A DNA stretch of 64,000 nt from an uncultured Vicinamibacteraceae bacterium (GTDB lineage: Bacteria > Acidobacteriota > Vicinamibacteria > Vicinamibacterales > UBA8438). Shown here piece by piece: positions 27,795 to 37,257 of this stretch; the first letter of the stretch is position 1, and every line of letters starts with the position of its first letter. The position numbers and the translations under genes are program-made. A model generated the notes under the pieces. That model made no database searches, was not told where the DNA came from, and saw nothing but the letters and a program-made list of their open reading frames with translations. The DNA is taken from NCBI GenBank assembly GCA_964342695.1, contig CAYFFV010000012.1, positions 2,547-66,546 on the forward strand, given 5' to 3'.

Positions 27795-28856
27795 CTACCG
27801 CACTCTTTCAGAGCCAACTGGAACCGCTCCAGAGGACACTGGAACGTCATACTCATTCACAATTACATTGAAAAACCTGTTAGCGATCCTTTGATATCCT
27901 TCCTGCGTAGGATGAATACCATCTTCTCCCAAACACGGAATATTAGCAGAGGCACTCGCCGAACAGTCGCCACTGTTAATGACATCAAATACGTCAACCA
28001 GCGGAATCCCTCGACCTATCGCAATTGCCCGAATTAAAGTATTTAACTCACGTGCAGCCTGCGCATTATCTTCCTTGCCAGCAACCGATCGTATCGGCGG
28101 AATTGTCGCTAAAATAGGGGCAACACCTCGTCCCTGAGCATCAAGCACCATTGATTCGATAGCCTCGGAGGCGTAAATCGCTGCCTGACTCGGCGTAACA
28201 ACATTACTTACTTTATTGACATCATTGGTTCCCGCCATTATCAGCACAACATCCGGCCCGACACGCAATATCTCAGATTGAAACCGAGAGGTTGCCTGTA
28301 CAGCCTCTTCCCCCGACAAACCACTGTTTACCACGACAATTGATTGAACCGGATAAGCATTCCTTAACTTAAACCGGAGTTTGGTGGGATACGACAGGGA
28401 CGGTGAAGGGAAGGCAAGTGGACCAGGCAGTGCAAGCGGAGAAGAAATTACGCCTGCAGTTAAACTGTCACCAAATGCCAGAAAACGCGTGACGGCTATC
28501 TCTGGAGGAGGAAGCACGGTTATCTGAAAACTACAACTAGCCACTTGACCCAAGTCATCCGACGTCGTACATTCCGAGATTGTCTCACCAATAGCAAAAG
28601 AGTTCCCAGACGGAGGAACACACTCTGTTGTAATGGGCTCTAACCCCCCCTCAACAGACGGACTCGGATAAGAAACAACGGCCGACGATTCGTTGAGAGA
28701 CTGTACGGTCATATCGGTTGGGCAGGCGATGGTCAACCCCCCGACCTTGTCAGACGGCAAAGGAGTCGGTGCCGTAGGAGGCAACACCGACGATTCTTCA
28801 CAGCCAGCACAAATAGCAAGAACTACAAGACAGGAACTAACTTTACTGATTCCCAT
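27795..28856 (-). CDS. Lipoprotein: HYR-like Ig domain + SGNH/GDSL hydrolase domain
   Basis: Lipobox LAICAGC. HYR-like segment (IACPTDMTVQS..AVVSYPSPSVEGG..CVPPSGNSFAIGETISECTTSD..CSFQITV). SGNH block I FLAFGDSLTAG, block III MAGTNDV, block V DGIHPT. Confidence 0.7.
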   Translation of the reverse strand: MGISKVSSCLVVLAICAGCEESSVLPPTAPTPLPSDKVGGLTIACPTDMTVQSLNESSAVVSYPSPSVEGGLEPITTECVPPSGNSFAIGETISECTTSDDLGQVASCSFQITVLPPPEIAVTRFLAFGDSLTAGVISSPLALPGPLAFPSPSLSYPTKLRFKLRNAYPVQSIVVVNSGLSGEEAVQATSRFQSEILRVGPDVVLIMAGTNDVNKVSNVVTPSQAAIYASEAIESMVLDAQGRGVAPILATIPPIRSVAGKEDNAQAARELNTLIRAIAIGRGIPLVDVFDVINSGDCSASASANIPCLGEDGIHPTQEGYQRIANRFFNVIVNEYDVPVSSGAVPVGSERVR

Positions 28857-28964
28857 TTTCAATACACCGACAAACCGTCAATGCTATCTGTCATTTGAAT
28901 TTTGGTCAAATAGATTAATACGGAGGAATGCTACACTGGCACCATTCACACTTACTCATAAAAG

Positions 28965-30461
28965 ATGGTTTTTAGTTCACAAGTTTTTCTATTCTTTTTT
29001 CTGCCCCTTACGCTGTGTCTGTACTACGCAACCCCATGGCGAGGCAAACACCTTGTACTGACGGTCCTCAGCTATGTCTTTTACAGCTGGGCAAATCCGT
29101 TATTTGTTGCACTTCTCTTCACATCAACACTAGTGGACTACGTCTGCGCCCTCAGGATAGCCAATAGTGGCCCTATCTGGCTTGCGCATCTAATCCGACG
29201 TGATGATTTGGTCGCTCAGTGGTCCCATCCCATTCGCGTTGTCACTCCAGCAACTCAACGCAATCGCACACAACGATGGGCTTGCATAATTTCTATATGC
29301 ACTAATTTATCGTTGCTTGGTTTTTTTAAATATTTCAATTTTGCACTTGATAACCTCTCCGCTCTTTCAGAAATACTCAACTTGCCTTGGCGTGACATAG
29401 ATCTCGCCCTCCGGATCACCCTTCCACTTGGCATCAGTTTTTATACTTTTCAGTCCATGAGTTACACAATCGACATTTACCGAGGACGAGCGGCTGCATT
29501 GCGAAACTTTGTCGACTTTTCCTGTTATGTGTCCATGTTCCCGCAACTAGTAGCAGGCCCAATAATCAGGTTCACTGAAGTCGCCGACCAAATAAAACAC
29601 CGAAGCCACACCTTGTCAAAAGCCTCTCGAGGTATTGCCTTGTTCAGCGTCGGGTTAGCTAAGAAAGTTCTAATAGCAAATCCTTGCGGGCGTATCGCAG
29701 ATATCGTATTTGATGCAGGATCGATCACAGCAATTGATGCCTGGTACGGAACAATCGCGTATGCGTTCCAAATTTACTTTGACTTTAGCGCCTACTCCGA
29801 CATGGCGATCGGTCTCGGTTTGATGTTAGGGTTCGTATTTCCAAAGAACTTCGATTCTCCCTATAAAGCAGTCTCGATAACAGATTTCTGGAGACGATGG
29901 CATATTTCTTTGTCTTCTTGGTTACGGGATTATTTGTACGTTCCTTTAGGGGGGAACCGACTGGGAGCACTCCGCACGTACCGCAACCTTTTCATGGTCA
30001 TGATCTTGGGTGGATTGTGGCATGGAGCCGCATGGAACTTTTTAATTTGGGGCGCCCTCCACGGTGTGCTTCTTGTCATCGAACGTCTAAACAAACAAAA
30101 CCCATTTTATGCCTCAGCACCAAAGCCACTTGCCATACTGCTAACTTTTCTGAGCGTTTTAATCACATGGGTATTCTTCCGCGCAACAGATGTGTCGCAT
30201 GCGCTTAGTATTCTCAGCAGCATGTTCGGACTGACAAACCCTGAAGTTACGGCCACTTTGGTGAGTGGTGTTCTCTACCAACCCTATTACCTCTTGACCT
30301 TCACTTTGGCTGGAATCATCACTTGGGGCGCTCCACAGGCATGGGAATGGACGCAAAATATAACTCGCTCAAAGGGCATCATAGTGATTCTCCTTTTACT
30401 GATCTCGATTGCCCTGCTTTCCACACAAGCCTACAATCCATTCATCTACTTTATTTTCTAA
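28965..30461 (+). CDS. MBOAT-family membrane O-acyltransferase (AlgI/PatA/DltB-like)
   Basis: 498 aa polytopic protein. FWRRWHISLSSWLRDYLYVPLGGNR and the catalytic-His context GGLWHGAAWNF are classic MBOAT signatures. Confidence 0.9.
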   Translation: MVFSSQVFLFFFLPLTLCLYYATPWRGKHLVLTVLSYVFYSWANPLFVALLFTSTLVDYVCALRIANSGPIWLAHLIRRDDLVAQWSHPIRVVTPATQRNRTQRWACIISICTNLSLLGFFKYFNFALDNLSALSEILNLPWRDIDLALRITLPLGISFYTFQSMSYTIDIYRGRAAALRNFVDFSCYVSMFPQLVAGPIIRFTEVADQIKHRSHTLSKASRGIALFSVGLAKKVLIANPCGRIADIVFDAGSITAIDAWYGTIAYAFQIYFDFSAYSDMAIGLGLMLGFVFPKNFDSPYKAVSITDFWRRWHISLSSWLRDYLYVPLGGNRLGALRTYRNLFMVMILGGLWHGAAWNFLIWGALHGVLLVIERLNKQNPFYASAPKPLAILLTFLSVLITWVFFRATDVSHALSILSSMFGLTNPEVTATLVSGVLYQPYYLLTFTLAGIITWGAPQAWEWTQNITRSKGIIVILLLLISIALLSTQAYNPFIYFIF

Positions 30462-30465
30462 GACT

Positions 30466-32181
30466 ATGAGAACCAACCCTTCAGGAATGCACGATCCACT
30501 AAAACGCATAGAAACTGCACAGTCTCAGCTGGAAACAACAAGAATCGAAAACATTACTGCGCGGTTTTTGATCGCAATGTTTCTAGTAATCGTCACGATA
30601 GTCCCAATTACCCAGACAATCTTTGACCGAACAATCTTCTCTGCCATCTCGTTCACAACGATTTCTAGCGTGCATGAAAAATCCGGTGGACAGTGGAATA
30701 GTTTTTTTCAAACCCTTTTTCGCTTCAATCGTGCGACATTACAAACATTGCAGTCCATCGACGACACTATCTCGGAGCATTCACTCGTCACGAAACTCGG
30801 ACGCCCGACGATACAGTTTCTACTTAGCTCGACACTTGGTTCTGAAACATCTCAAGTGCATGAAGGTTCTAGTGGCTGGTTGTTTTACGCCAAAGATGTT
30901 TCACATGTTACAGGTAAAGGTTTCTTAGAAAAAAATTATCTTTTAAAACGAAAATCTTCTGGGACCAGTCTAACACCGCAGCCTCAACCCGATCCTCGCC
31001 TAGCTCTGTACGACCTGCACGCACAACTATCCCGTCGGGGCATCACTTTAATTGTCATGCCAACTCCAGTGAAACCATCCATCCATACTGGAGAGTTGGC
31101 ACGAGACAAACATGTCCGACAGCTAGTCCATAATGCATCCTATCAAGACTTCATCGCCGAATTACGGAGTCACAAGCTGCTTGTCTTTGATGTATCTAGC
31201 ACTTTAAATCTCTCCTCTGATAAGCCTCTTTATCTTACGAGTGACACCCATTGGAGACCAGACACAGTAGGGCAAATAGCAGATGCTCTCGCAACATTTA
31301 TTTCCCGACATATACCCCTGACCACCGACGACACTCGCACATATGAGAGTCAACCAATTACTATTACTAACGCAGGAGACACCAGCCGACTACTGGGGCT
31401 TGAACAGTATCGACCTGCTCTCTACCCCTCCGAAGAAATCACGATCCATCAAGTAACAACAACAAGCGGCCATCTATGGAAACCGACAACTAATGCTGAA
31501 GTGCTTTTACTGGGTGATAGCTTTACTAATATTTTTTCACTTGGATCTATGGGGTGGGGCACCAGTGCGGGACTGGCAGAACAATTAAGCCTTTCCCTAC
31601 AGAAACCTCTCGATCGAATTTCCCAAAATAACAATGGGGCATTCGCGTCCAGAGCAGAATTAGCAAACCAAATCGCTCGCGATACCACTCGATTAGACAA
31701 CACAAAAGTGGTTATTTTTCAGTTTGCCACCAGAGAACTCAGCCAAGGAGACTGGAAATTGATACATTTCAGGGATCATGAAAAAGAGGTTCCTAATACA
31801 CTTGAAACGTTTATTCGCCCTTTCCGCGATCAACCTCTTCAGATCGTCGGAAGAATCCAAGAAATGGGCCGAGTTCCTACGCCGGGAATGGTGCCCTACA
31901 AAGATCACATTCTTGGAATCCATCTCAATGGTGTCACCTCTATTTCGGAGAGAACGGATTTCGACGGAACAGAATTAATGGTCTACGTGTGGAGCATGCA
32001 AGAAAATGAATTAACAGCAATTTCCGAATACTCCGCCGGGGACTCCATACAACTTCAAGTTGTACCTTGGACGAACGTTTACAACGAACTCGGTGGCATT
32101 AATCGAGGAGAACTCTCCAATCCCTCAACTAGACTTGCCGAACCGTGGTGGGGAGAATTAACGGAAGGGGAAAATCAATGA
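30466..32181 (+). CDS. AlgJ/AlgX-N-like SGNH-fold O-acetyltransferase, signal-anchored, with extra C-terminal module
   Basis: ATG 30466 lies 2 nt after the MBOAT stop. N-terminal TM ITARFLIAMFLVIVTIVPI. LTSDTHWRPD (D-x-H-W motif) and LLLGDSFT. C-terminal RVPTPGMVPYKDHILGI module. Confidence 0.7.
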   Translation: MRTNPSGMHDPLKRIETAQSQLETTRIENITARFLIAMFLVIVTIVPITQTIFDRTIFSAISFTTISSVHEKSGGQWNSFFQTLFRFNRATLQTLQSIDDTISEHSLVTKLGRPTIQFLLSSTLGSETSQVHEGSSGWLFYAKDVSHVTGKGFLEKNYLLKRKSSGTSLTPQPQPDPRLALYDLHAQLSRRGITLIVMPTPVKPSIHTGELARDKHVRQLVHNASYQDFIAELRSHKLLVFDVSSTLNLSSDKPLYLTSDTHWRPDTVGQIADALATFISRHIPLTTDDTRTYESQPITITNAGDTSRLLGLEQYRPALYPSEEITIHQVTTTSGHLWKPTTNAEVLLLGDSFTNIFSLGSMGWGTSAGLAEQLSLSLQKPLDRISQNNNGAFASRAELANQIARDTTRLDNTKVVIFQFATRELSQGDWKLIHFRDHEKEVPNTLETFIRPFRDQPLQIVGRIQEMGRVPTPGMVPYKDHILGIHLNGVTSISERTDFDGTELMVYVWSMQENELTAISEYSAGDSIQLQVVPWTNVYNELGGINRGELSNPSTRLAEPWWGELTEGENQ

Positions 32182-33263
32182 CCCGACACCGTACTTTCCG
32201 AAAAGCAACTTTTTTTCTGCTCTTCCTACTCTCCGCGTGCCGGCAATCTGTACCGGAAAACTTGGTATATGATTTTCGCAACATTTCTGAAGCACATGCC
32301 ACCGCGTCTGAACAAAATGCTTCGATCACCGTTTCCGGGCTAGATAACTGGCTGTTTTTTGGCCCCGAACTGCGTCACGTATCAGTTGGACCGTTCTGGA
32401 ACGAACAGGCAGCCCTGGTAAGCCGTGCGCGTAATCTCAGCGATGCGGATCCACTACCGGCTATTCTGGATTTCAAACGGCAACTCGATAGCATGGGCGT
32501 AGAACTCTTAGTTGTTCCCGTTCCACCGAAAATAGTGATTTACCCCGATCAGTTAACTTCTTCCTTACCCGTTCCACTTCCGGTGCCGCGGCTTGACGTC
32601 GCACACCAAGAATTTTATCGCTTACTTCAAAGCAACGGCGTCAGCGTCCTTGACCTCACAGACGTCTTTATCAGAGAACGTTTTCATCCGGAAGGACCAA
32701 TCTATTGCCGAACAGACACGCATTGGTCAGGAGTGGGATGTATGATCGCCGGACAGGTAATTGCATCGGTTATCCGGGAGAAAACTTGGTACCAAGGTCT
32801 AGACACACAACCTTTTATACCCCGCTGGTATACCACCTCAATCGAAGGCGATTTACAAACAGGCTTCGATAGCCCTGCGTCCAATCGTGAAGAATTACGT
32901 CTAAGAGGAATTGTAAATTACGGAGAGCGAGACACTATCTCCGCCATCTCAAGCGCGGATAGTCCGATAGTATTAGTAGGTGACAGCCATAATCTTATTT
33001 TTCACGTTGGTGGAGATATGCACGCGAGCGGCTCAGGACTGGCCGATCAATTAGCTTTTGAACTTGGAATCGCCGTTGATGTCATTGGTGTCCGCGGATC
33101 TGGAGCGACACCAGCGCGAGTGAATCTATTAAGACGAGCACAGCAGAATACGAACTATTGGGACAAGAAACGGCTTGTGGTGTGGTGCTTTAGCGCTAGA
33201 GAATTCACCGAAACTGATGGCTGGTCTCTTGTTCCAATTACACCCGAGATAGAATCCAATTGA
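32178..33263 (+). CDS. AlgJ/AlgX-N-like SGNH-fold O-acetyltransferase, lipoprotein form
   Basis: ATGA overlap with the upstream gene. Lipobox FLLSAC. CRTDTHWSGVG (D-x-H-W motif) and VLVGDSHN. Confidence 0.7.
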   Translation: MTRHRTFRKATFFLLFLLSACRQSVPENLVYDFRNISEAHATASEQNASITVSGLDNWLFFGPELRHVSVGPFWNEQAALVSRARNLSDADPLPAILDFKRQLDSMGVELLVVPVPPKIVIYPDQLTSSLPVPLPVPRLDVAHQEFYRLLQSNGVSVLDLTDVFIRERFHPEGPIYCRTDTHWSGVGCMIAGQVIASVIREKTWYQGLDTQPFIPRWYTTSIEGDLQTGFDSPASNREELRLRGIVNYGERDTISAISSADSPIVLVGDSHNLIFHVGGDMHASGSGLADQLAFELGIAVDVIGVRGSGATPARVNLLRRAQQNTNYWDKKRLVVWCFSAREFTETDGWSLVPITPEIESN

Positions 33264-33376
33264 TAATTACAAGAGCTAATCACAGAGATTACGTTATCGA
33301 AGAGATTTTTGGAGACAACTGGTGAAACGACTTGCTGCGCATAAACCACACAAAAGATCGCCGTGGAGAAACAACC

Positions 33377-34477
33377 GTGATTCCATTTATTGATCTGAAA
33401 GCACAGTACGTCAGTATTCAAGACGATATAGAGTCTGCGGTTTCTCGGGTTCTTCGCAGTGGTCTTTACGTTCTTGGGCCAGAGGTCGAAGCCTTTGAAC
33501 ATGAATTTGCAGACTACTGTGATGCCATGCATGGGATCGGAGTAAATTCAGGAACCAGTGCTCTTTTCGTTGCCTTGAACGCCTGTGAAGTTGGTCCAGG
33601 CGATGAAGTGATTACTGTGCCATTTACTTTTCTGGCGACCGCATCGGCGATCCGACAGACTGGGGCCAGTGTCAAACTTGTTGACGTATCTCGTTCATCC
33701 TTCACGATGGATCCTGCACTAGTTGAACAGGCTGTAACGGAACATACGAAGGCAATCGTTCCCGTTCATTTATACGGACAACCTGCAGATATGGATCCGA
33801 TCCTCAATATCGCAGAAAAATATCATCTCACAGTTATCGAAGATGCAGCCCAAGCTCATGGAGCAAAATATAAAACTCGTCGCGTTGGCAACCTTGGACA
33901 TATTAGCTGTTTTAGTTTTTATCCAAGTAAAAATTTAAATGCGGTTGGCGAAGGTGGCATTATTGTTACCGACAACGATGAACTCGCAAATAACGCTCGC
34001 CAAATTAGAAACTGGGGTGAAATCCGGACTGCCCACGGTATCTTACGAGGTGGCAATTACCGCCTTGATGCGATTCAGGCAGCCGTGCTTCGCGTCAAAT
34101 TATTACATTTAGACAACTGGACAAGAAGGCGACAAATCCTTGCAGAGCGATACGACAAAGCTTTGTCCAAGGAGGTCACTATACCAATAGCCATGCCATA
34201 CGCCGAACATTCCTATCACACATACACCGTCCGGTCTATGAAACGCGACCTAATCAGAAAGGCTCTAATTGAAAAGGATATCCAGACAGGGATTTATTAT
34301 TCCTTGCCAATTCACCTTCAACAAGGATTCAGTGAACTAGGGTATCGAGAGGGAGACTTTTTAGAATCCGAACAAGCGTCACGTGAGGTCCTGTCACTAC
34401 CCTTATATCCAGAACTATCGCAAAGTAATCAAACAGTGATTATTGAAAATGTTCTGCAGATTTTTTCAGAAAAATAA
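33377..34477 (+). CDS. DegT/DnrJ/EryC1/StrS-family PLP-dependent sugar aminotransferase (ArnB-like)
   Basis: IPFIDLKAQY start region, and PLP-lysine context FSFYPSKNLNAVGEGG. GTG 33377 is preceded by GGAG at about -9. A TTG at 33332 is an alternative start. Confidence 0.9.
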   Translation: MIPFIDLKAQYVSIQDDIESAVSRVLRSGLYVLGPEVEAFEHEFADYCDAMHGIGVNSGTSALFVALNACEVGPGDEVITVPFTFLATASAIRQTGASVKLVDVSRSSFTMDPALVEQAVTEHTKAIVPVHLYGQPADMDPILNIAEKYHLTVIEDAAQAHGAKYKTRRVGNLGHISCFSFYPSKNLNAVGEGGIIVTDNDELANNARQIRNWGEIRTAHGILRGGNYRLDAIQAAVLRVKLLHLDNWTRRRQILAERYDKALSKEVTIPIAMPYAEHSYHTYTVRSMKRDLIRKALIEKDIQTGIYYSLPIHLQQGFSELGYREGDFLESEQASREVLSLPLYPELSQSNQTVIIENVLQIFSEK

Positions 34478-34494
34478 TTTCTGACATCCGAACA

Positions 34495-37245
34495 TTAAGA
34501 AAATTCTATCTGAACGTAACATCCCAGCCACCGATGGTCCGAAGAGTCCACGTTATATTCTGACGGCTGAAATCCCCCTTCACAGGAAACATTAAGCGGC
34601 ACAATCACTTGTCTGGGATCCAGTGAAATGGTGCGACTATAAGATTGTCTCCTGGATAGCGACATTTTCTCGGGAGGGAAATCGTCCAATTCCACGATTA
34701 CTTCTCCGGATGCCTGTCCCTGCCTGACTGTGACAGTTAGCTGTGATGCCCCTCCCGGTGTTAAAAGGGTCCTCGCGGAACCACCACCCTGCACCCACCA
34801 TCTTCCATTTTCAGGATATGCCTCTAAATCAAGATAAATTACATACTGACCTTCACTGGCATCAAGAGCCCCTACCATTGTAAGGTCACGCTCACCAATC
34901 AGCTTACGAGAGCCTGCAATGGAATAAGGAAGAATCTCTACAGCAACTCCTGCTTGCACGAGACGATCGTCAGTAGTGCCAACATAGAGGCTGTCTAATT
35001 CAACTGGCAATGCAATATCCAATATCACCGAGTTCTTATCTTGAGCAGACACTTGAGTTAAAACAGTAGGGCCGCGGTAATATCTAAGCCAGACGTCACC
35101 CGCGTCAGCAAAACTTTGATCAAATATAACTTTAATTTCGTAATGCCCAGCCGGCAATTCAAGTGGCCCTACTAATAAGCCCGTGCTTCTCCCCGACAAC
35201 TCGACGGGTCGTCGATAACCCGTGCGATTATTGGTCTTAAGTTTTAGCCTTGTCTGGTCAAGCAATTCATCTTCTGACAACCGTCTTCTGATGGAAGGAC
35301 TGACCGTTACTAGATGATCGGGTTTATATTCGTTGAGTAATTCGATTCTTCCCTTTTGCGCCACCGGAGTCTGTCCGCTTAGTTTCGCACCCGTACTTCC
35401 AAAGACGCTAACGATGAGACCTGCCGCTAGCACCCCAAACGTACCAGCCCAAAAAGAGTGCAACCATTGCTTTCTGGAAAAAGCAAGAGTAGCCGTCACA
35501 ATAAACCCACCAAGCATCACAAAAACCCAAAATCCAACACGGGATAATTGGGTAACCCAATCTTCATTCACAAAGCTTGGAAGAAGCGAAGTCAAGCCGA
35601 GACCACCTTGCAGTAATTCAACGAAATGGCCTGTCCCGTCACGGTCGTTAAAGTTCAATCTCAACGTAGGATCAAATACAAGCACAGCCACCGAAGTAAG
35701 ACTAAATACGACCGTCAGCCAAGTGAGCGCACTCCACGCGGAACCACGGCATCGCTCAAATCCCATTGCTACCATTGGACCGAAAAGAGGGATTACGGGA
35801 ACAAGAAATCTGGCAGGACCACTATAACCACCCCACCACATGTAGAATGGTGTGACACTTCCTAGAAATATCACTATCGTCGCAATAATTCCAAGAGTCT
35901 GCCAACGCGTAGCGGGATCACGCAACATTACCCAACAACCTAAAGCGGCCAAAGCGTAGAGCGGACTGTATATTAATAACCCAAATTCTTGATCAACAAA
36001 TAAACCAAAAAGTCCACGCGGAATATTTGACAGCTGCAATTCATTTGTTTGGGTGCCATACGCAGCGGTTGGATTAACAGTTCCATACATTACGTATGCC
36101 GCTAACAACCACAGTAATCCAGAAACCACCATCGGCAGCAGAAAACTCACTATCAGACGGATGCGCGGCCATAATCGGACAAGAAGACATAATGCCGCAC
36201 ACGCAAGAAGTAATGAATATTTCGTATGCAACCAAGGCAACAATGCAATTATCGTCCCTCTCCACCCCCACAAAACCAAACGTTCTGGCACATCATGCCA
36301 TATCCACAGTGTTACCCAAGCCATTATCAAGGCTGCTGGAATTTCCGGATAAACAAGCCACCCTTGCAGTAGAAACGGAACACTAAACACTACGCCGAGC
36401 CAAGTCGCCACCGCGGACGATAAACTTGTTAAACGCTCAGCCAGCGAAAACACTGCAACGGCAATCAAACTAGCGAGTAACGCGATAAACAGTGTTCCTC
36501 CCCAGCGGCCTAGCAAAGCGTAAAATGGCAACATCAATGCAGGAAGCCCTGGCGCATGAACAGAATAGAGCTCACCATTGACCCCACGCGCCAAAACATG
36601 AGGCTGCATAACCCCCTCGTGAAAACTTTCATAGTGTCTTTCTGCATGGTTGTTTTCAATATTAAGGTCACCATCAACAAGCAGACTGTGACTAATAATG
36701 AGATAGTGCGGCTCATCGCCAGTTTCTCCTTGAGCTCGTTTTACGTGAATCCCAAGCGCAAGCACGACAAGCAGGGTCACCACAAATACGTTTAGGCGAT
36801 TAAGACGTGGAACCAAATGCGTCGACCCGAACCTCTGGTGAGCCAAAAACATTCTGCAACACCCAAAGACAGCAAGAATGACGACTCCCCACCGGAAAGG
36901 TCCCGCCAAAGAAACCAAGAGAGGAAACTTGTCAGGTAGCAGGGGAAGATAAGGGACGGCCCACAGAAATAATAGAACAAGTGGTGACAGATTACTCGCT
37001 AATTCAGAAAGCTTATCTCGTTTGTGCGCAACCAATACGAAAAAAGTAATAACGAGAAGCGAAACAGAAACATACAGATACAAACGAGAAAAGGAAGCTA
37101 AAAACGCAATACGCTCTACTTCGTTTTCTTCCCACAGAACAATATGAACAGAAGCGGGTAAGAGCCAAGCAGCCACCGCAGTCGCTATCGACGCTAACAC
37201 GAGAATAAGCACCGCTCGTGCTACGGCCACAGGGTTTGATGTCAT
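34495..37245 (-). CDS. Large GT-C-fold polytopic membrane glycosyltransferase (ArnT/PMT-like) with ~330-aa extracytoplasmic C-terminal domain; paralog of 8718..10646
   Basis: 916 aa with many TM helices. Loop GDEPHYLIISHSLLVDGDL parallels the 642-aa paralog. C-terminus GFQPSEYNVDSSDHRWLG parallels GFVPRFLSATSEDSRYLG. Confidence 0.55.
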   Translation of the reverse strand: MTSNPVAVARAVLILVLASIATAVAAWLLPASVHIVLWEENEVERIAFLASFSRLYLYVSVSLLVITFFVLVAHKRDKLSELASNLSPLVLLFLWAVPYLPLLPDKFPLLVSLAGPFRWGVVILAVFGCCRMFLAHQRFGSTHLVPRLNRLNVFVVTLLVVLALGIHVKRAQGETGDEPHYLIISHSLLVDGDLNIENNHAERHYESFHEGVMQPHVLARGVNGELYSVHAPGLPALMLPFYALLGRWGGTLFIALLASLIAVAVFSLAERLTSLSSAVATWLGVVFSVPFLLQGWLVYPEIPAALIMAWVTLWIWHDVPERLVLWGWRGTIIALLPWLHTKYSLLLACAALCLLVRLWPRIRLIVSFLLPMVVSGLLWLLAAYVMYGTVNPTAAYGTQTNELQLSNIPRGLFGLFVDQEFGLLIYSPLYALAALGCWVMLRDPATRWQTLGIIATIVIFLGSVTPFYMWWGGYSGPARFLVPVIPLFGPMVAMGFERCRGSAWSALTWLTVVFSLTSVAVLVFDPTLRLNFNDRDGTGHFVELLQGGLGLTSLLPSFVNEDWVTQLSRVGFWVFVMLGGFIVTATLAFSRKQWLHSFWAGTFGVLAAGLIVSVFGSTGAKLSGQTPVAQKGRIELLNEYKPDHLVTVSPSIRRRLSEDELLDQTRLKLKTNNRTGYRRPVELSGRSTGLLVGPLELPAGHYEIKVIFDQSFADAGDVWLRYYRGPTVLTQVSAQDKNSVILDIALPVELDSLYVGTTDDRLVQAGVAVEILPYSIAGSRKLIGERDLTMVGALDASEGQYVIYLDLEAYPENGRWWVQGGGSARTLLTPGGASQLTVTVRQGQASGEVIVELDDFPPEKMSLSRRQSYSRTISLDPRQVIVPLNVSCEGGFQPSEYNVDSSDHRWLGCYVQIEFS

Positions 37246-37257
37246 GATCAGATTATT

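Noticed and set aside
28965-33263. Reading the MBOAT + AlgJ-like genes as an alginate (alg) operon
   Set aside because: No alg8/alg44 synthase, algK/algE export, algG epimerase, algL lyase or algF is present anywhere in the window. Only the acetylation chemistry is shared.
33155-33532. 125-aa minus-strand ORF bridging the AlgJ-like 2 / DegT intergenic region
   Set aside because: It overlaps the ends of two well-supported plus-strand genes and has no motif. It probably arises because the 113-bp spacer lacks stops in that frame.
35333-35827. 164-aa plus-strand ORF inside the 916-aa GT-C gene, plus neighbours 35626..35865, 36053..36352 and 36096..36386
   Set aside because: These are antisense shadows of a long hydrophobic gene. 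Their compositions are Pro/Thr/Ser/Arg-rich with no start-site signals.
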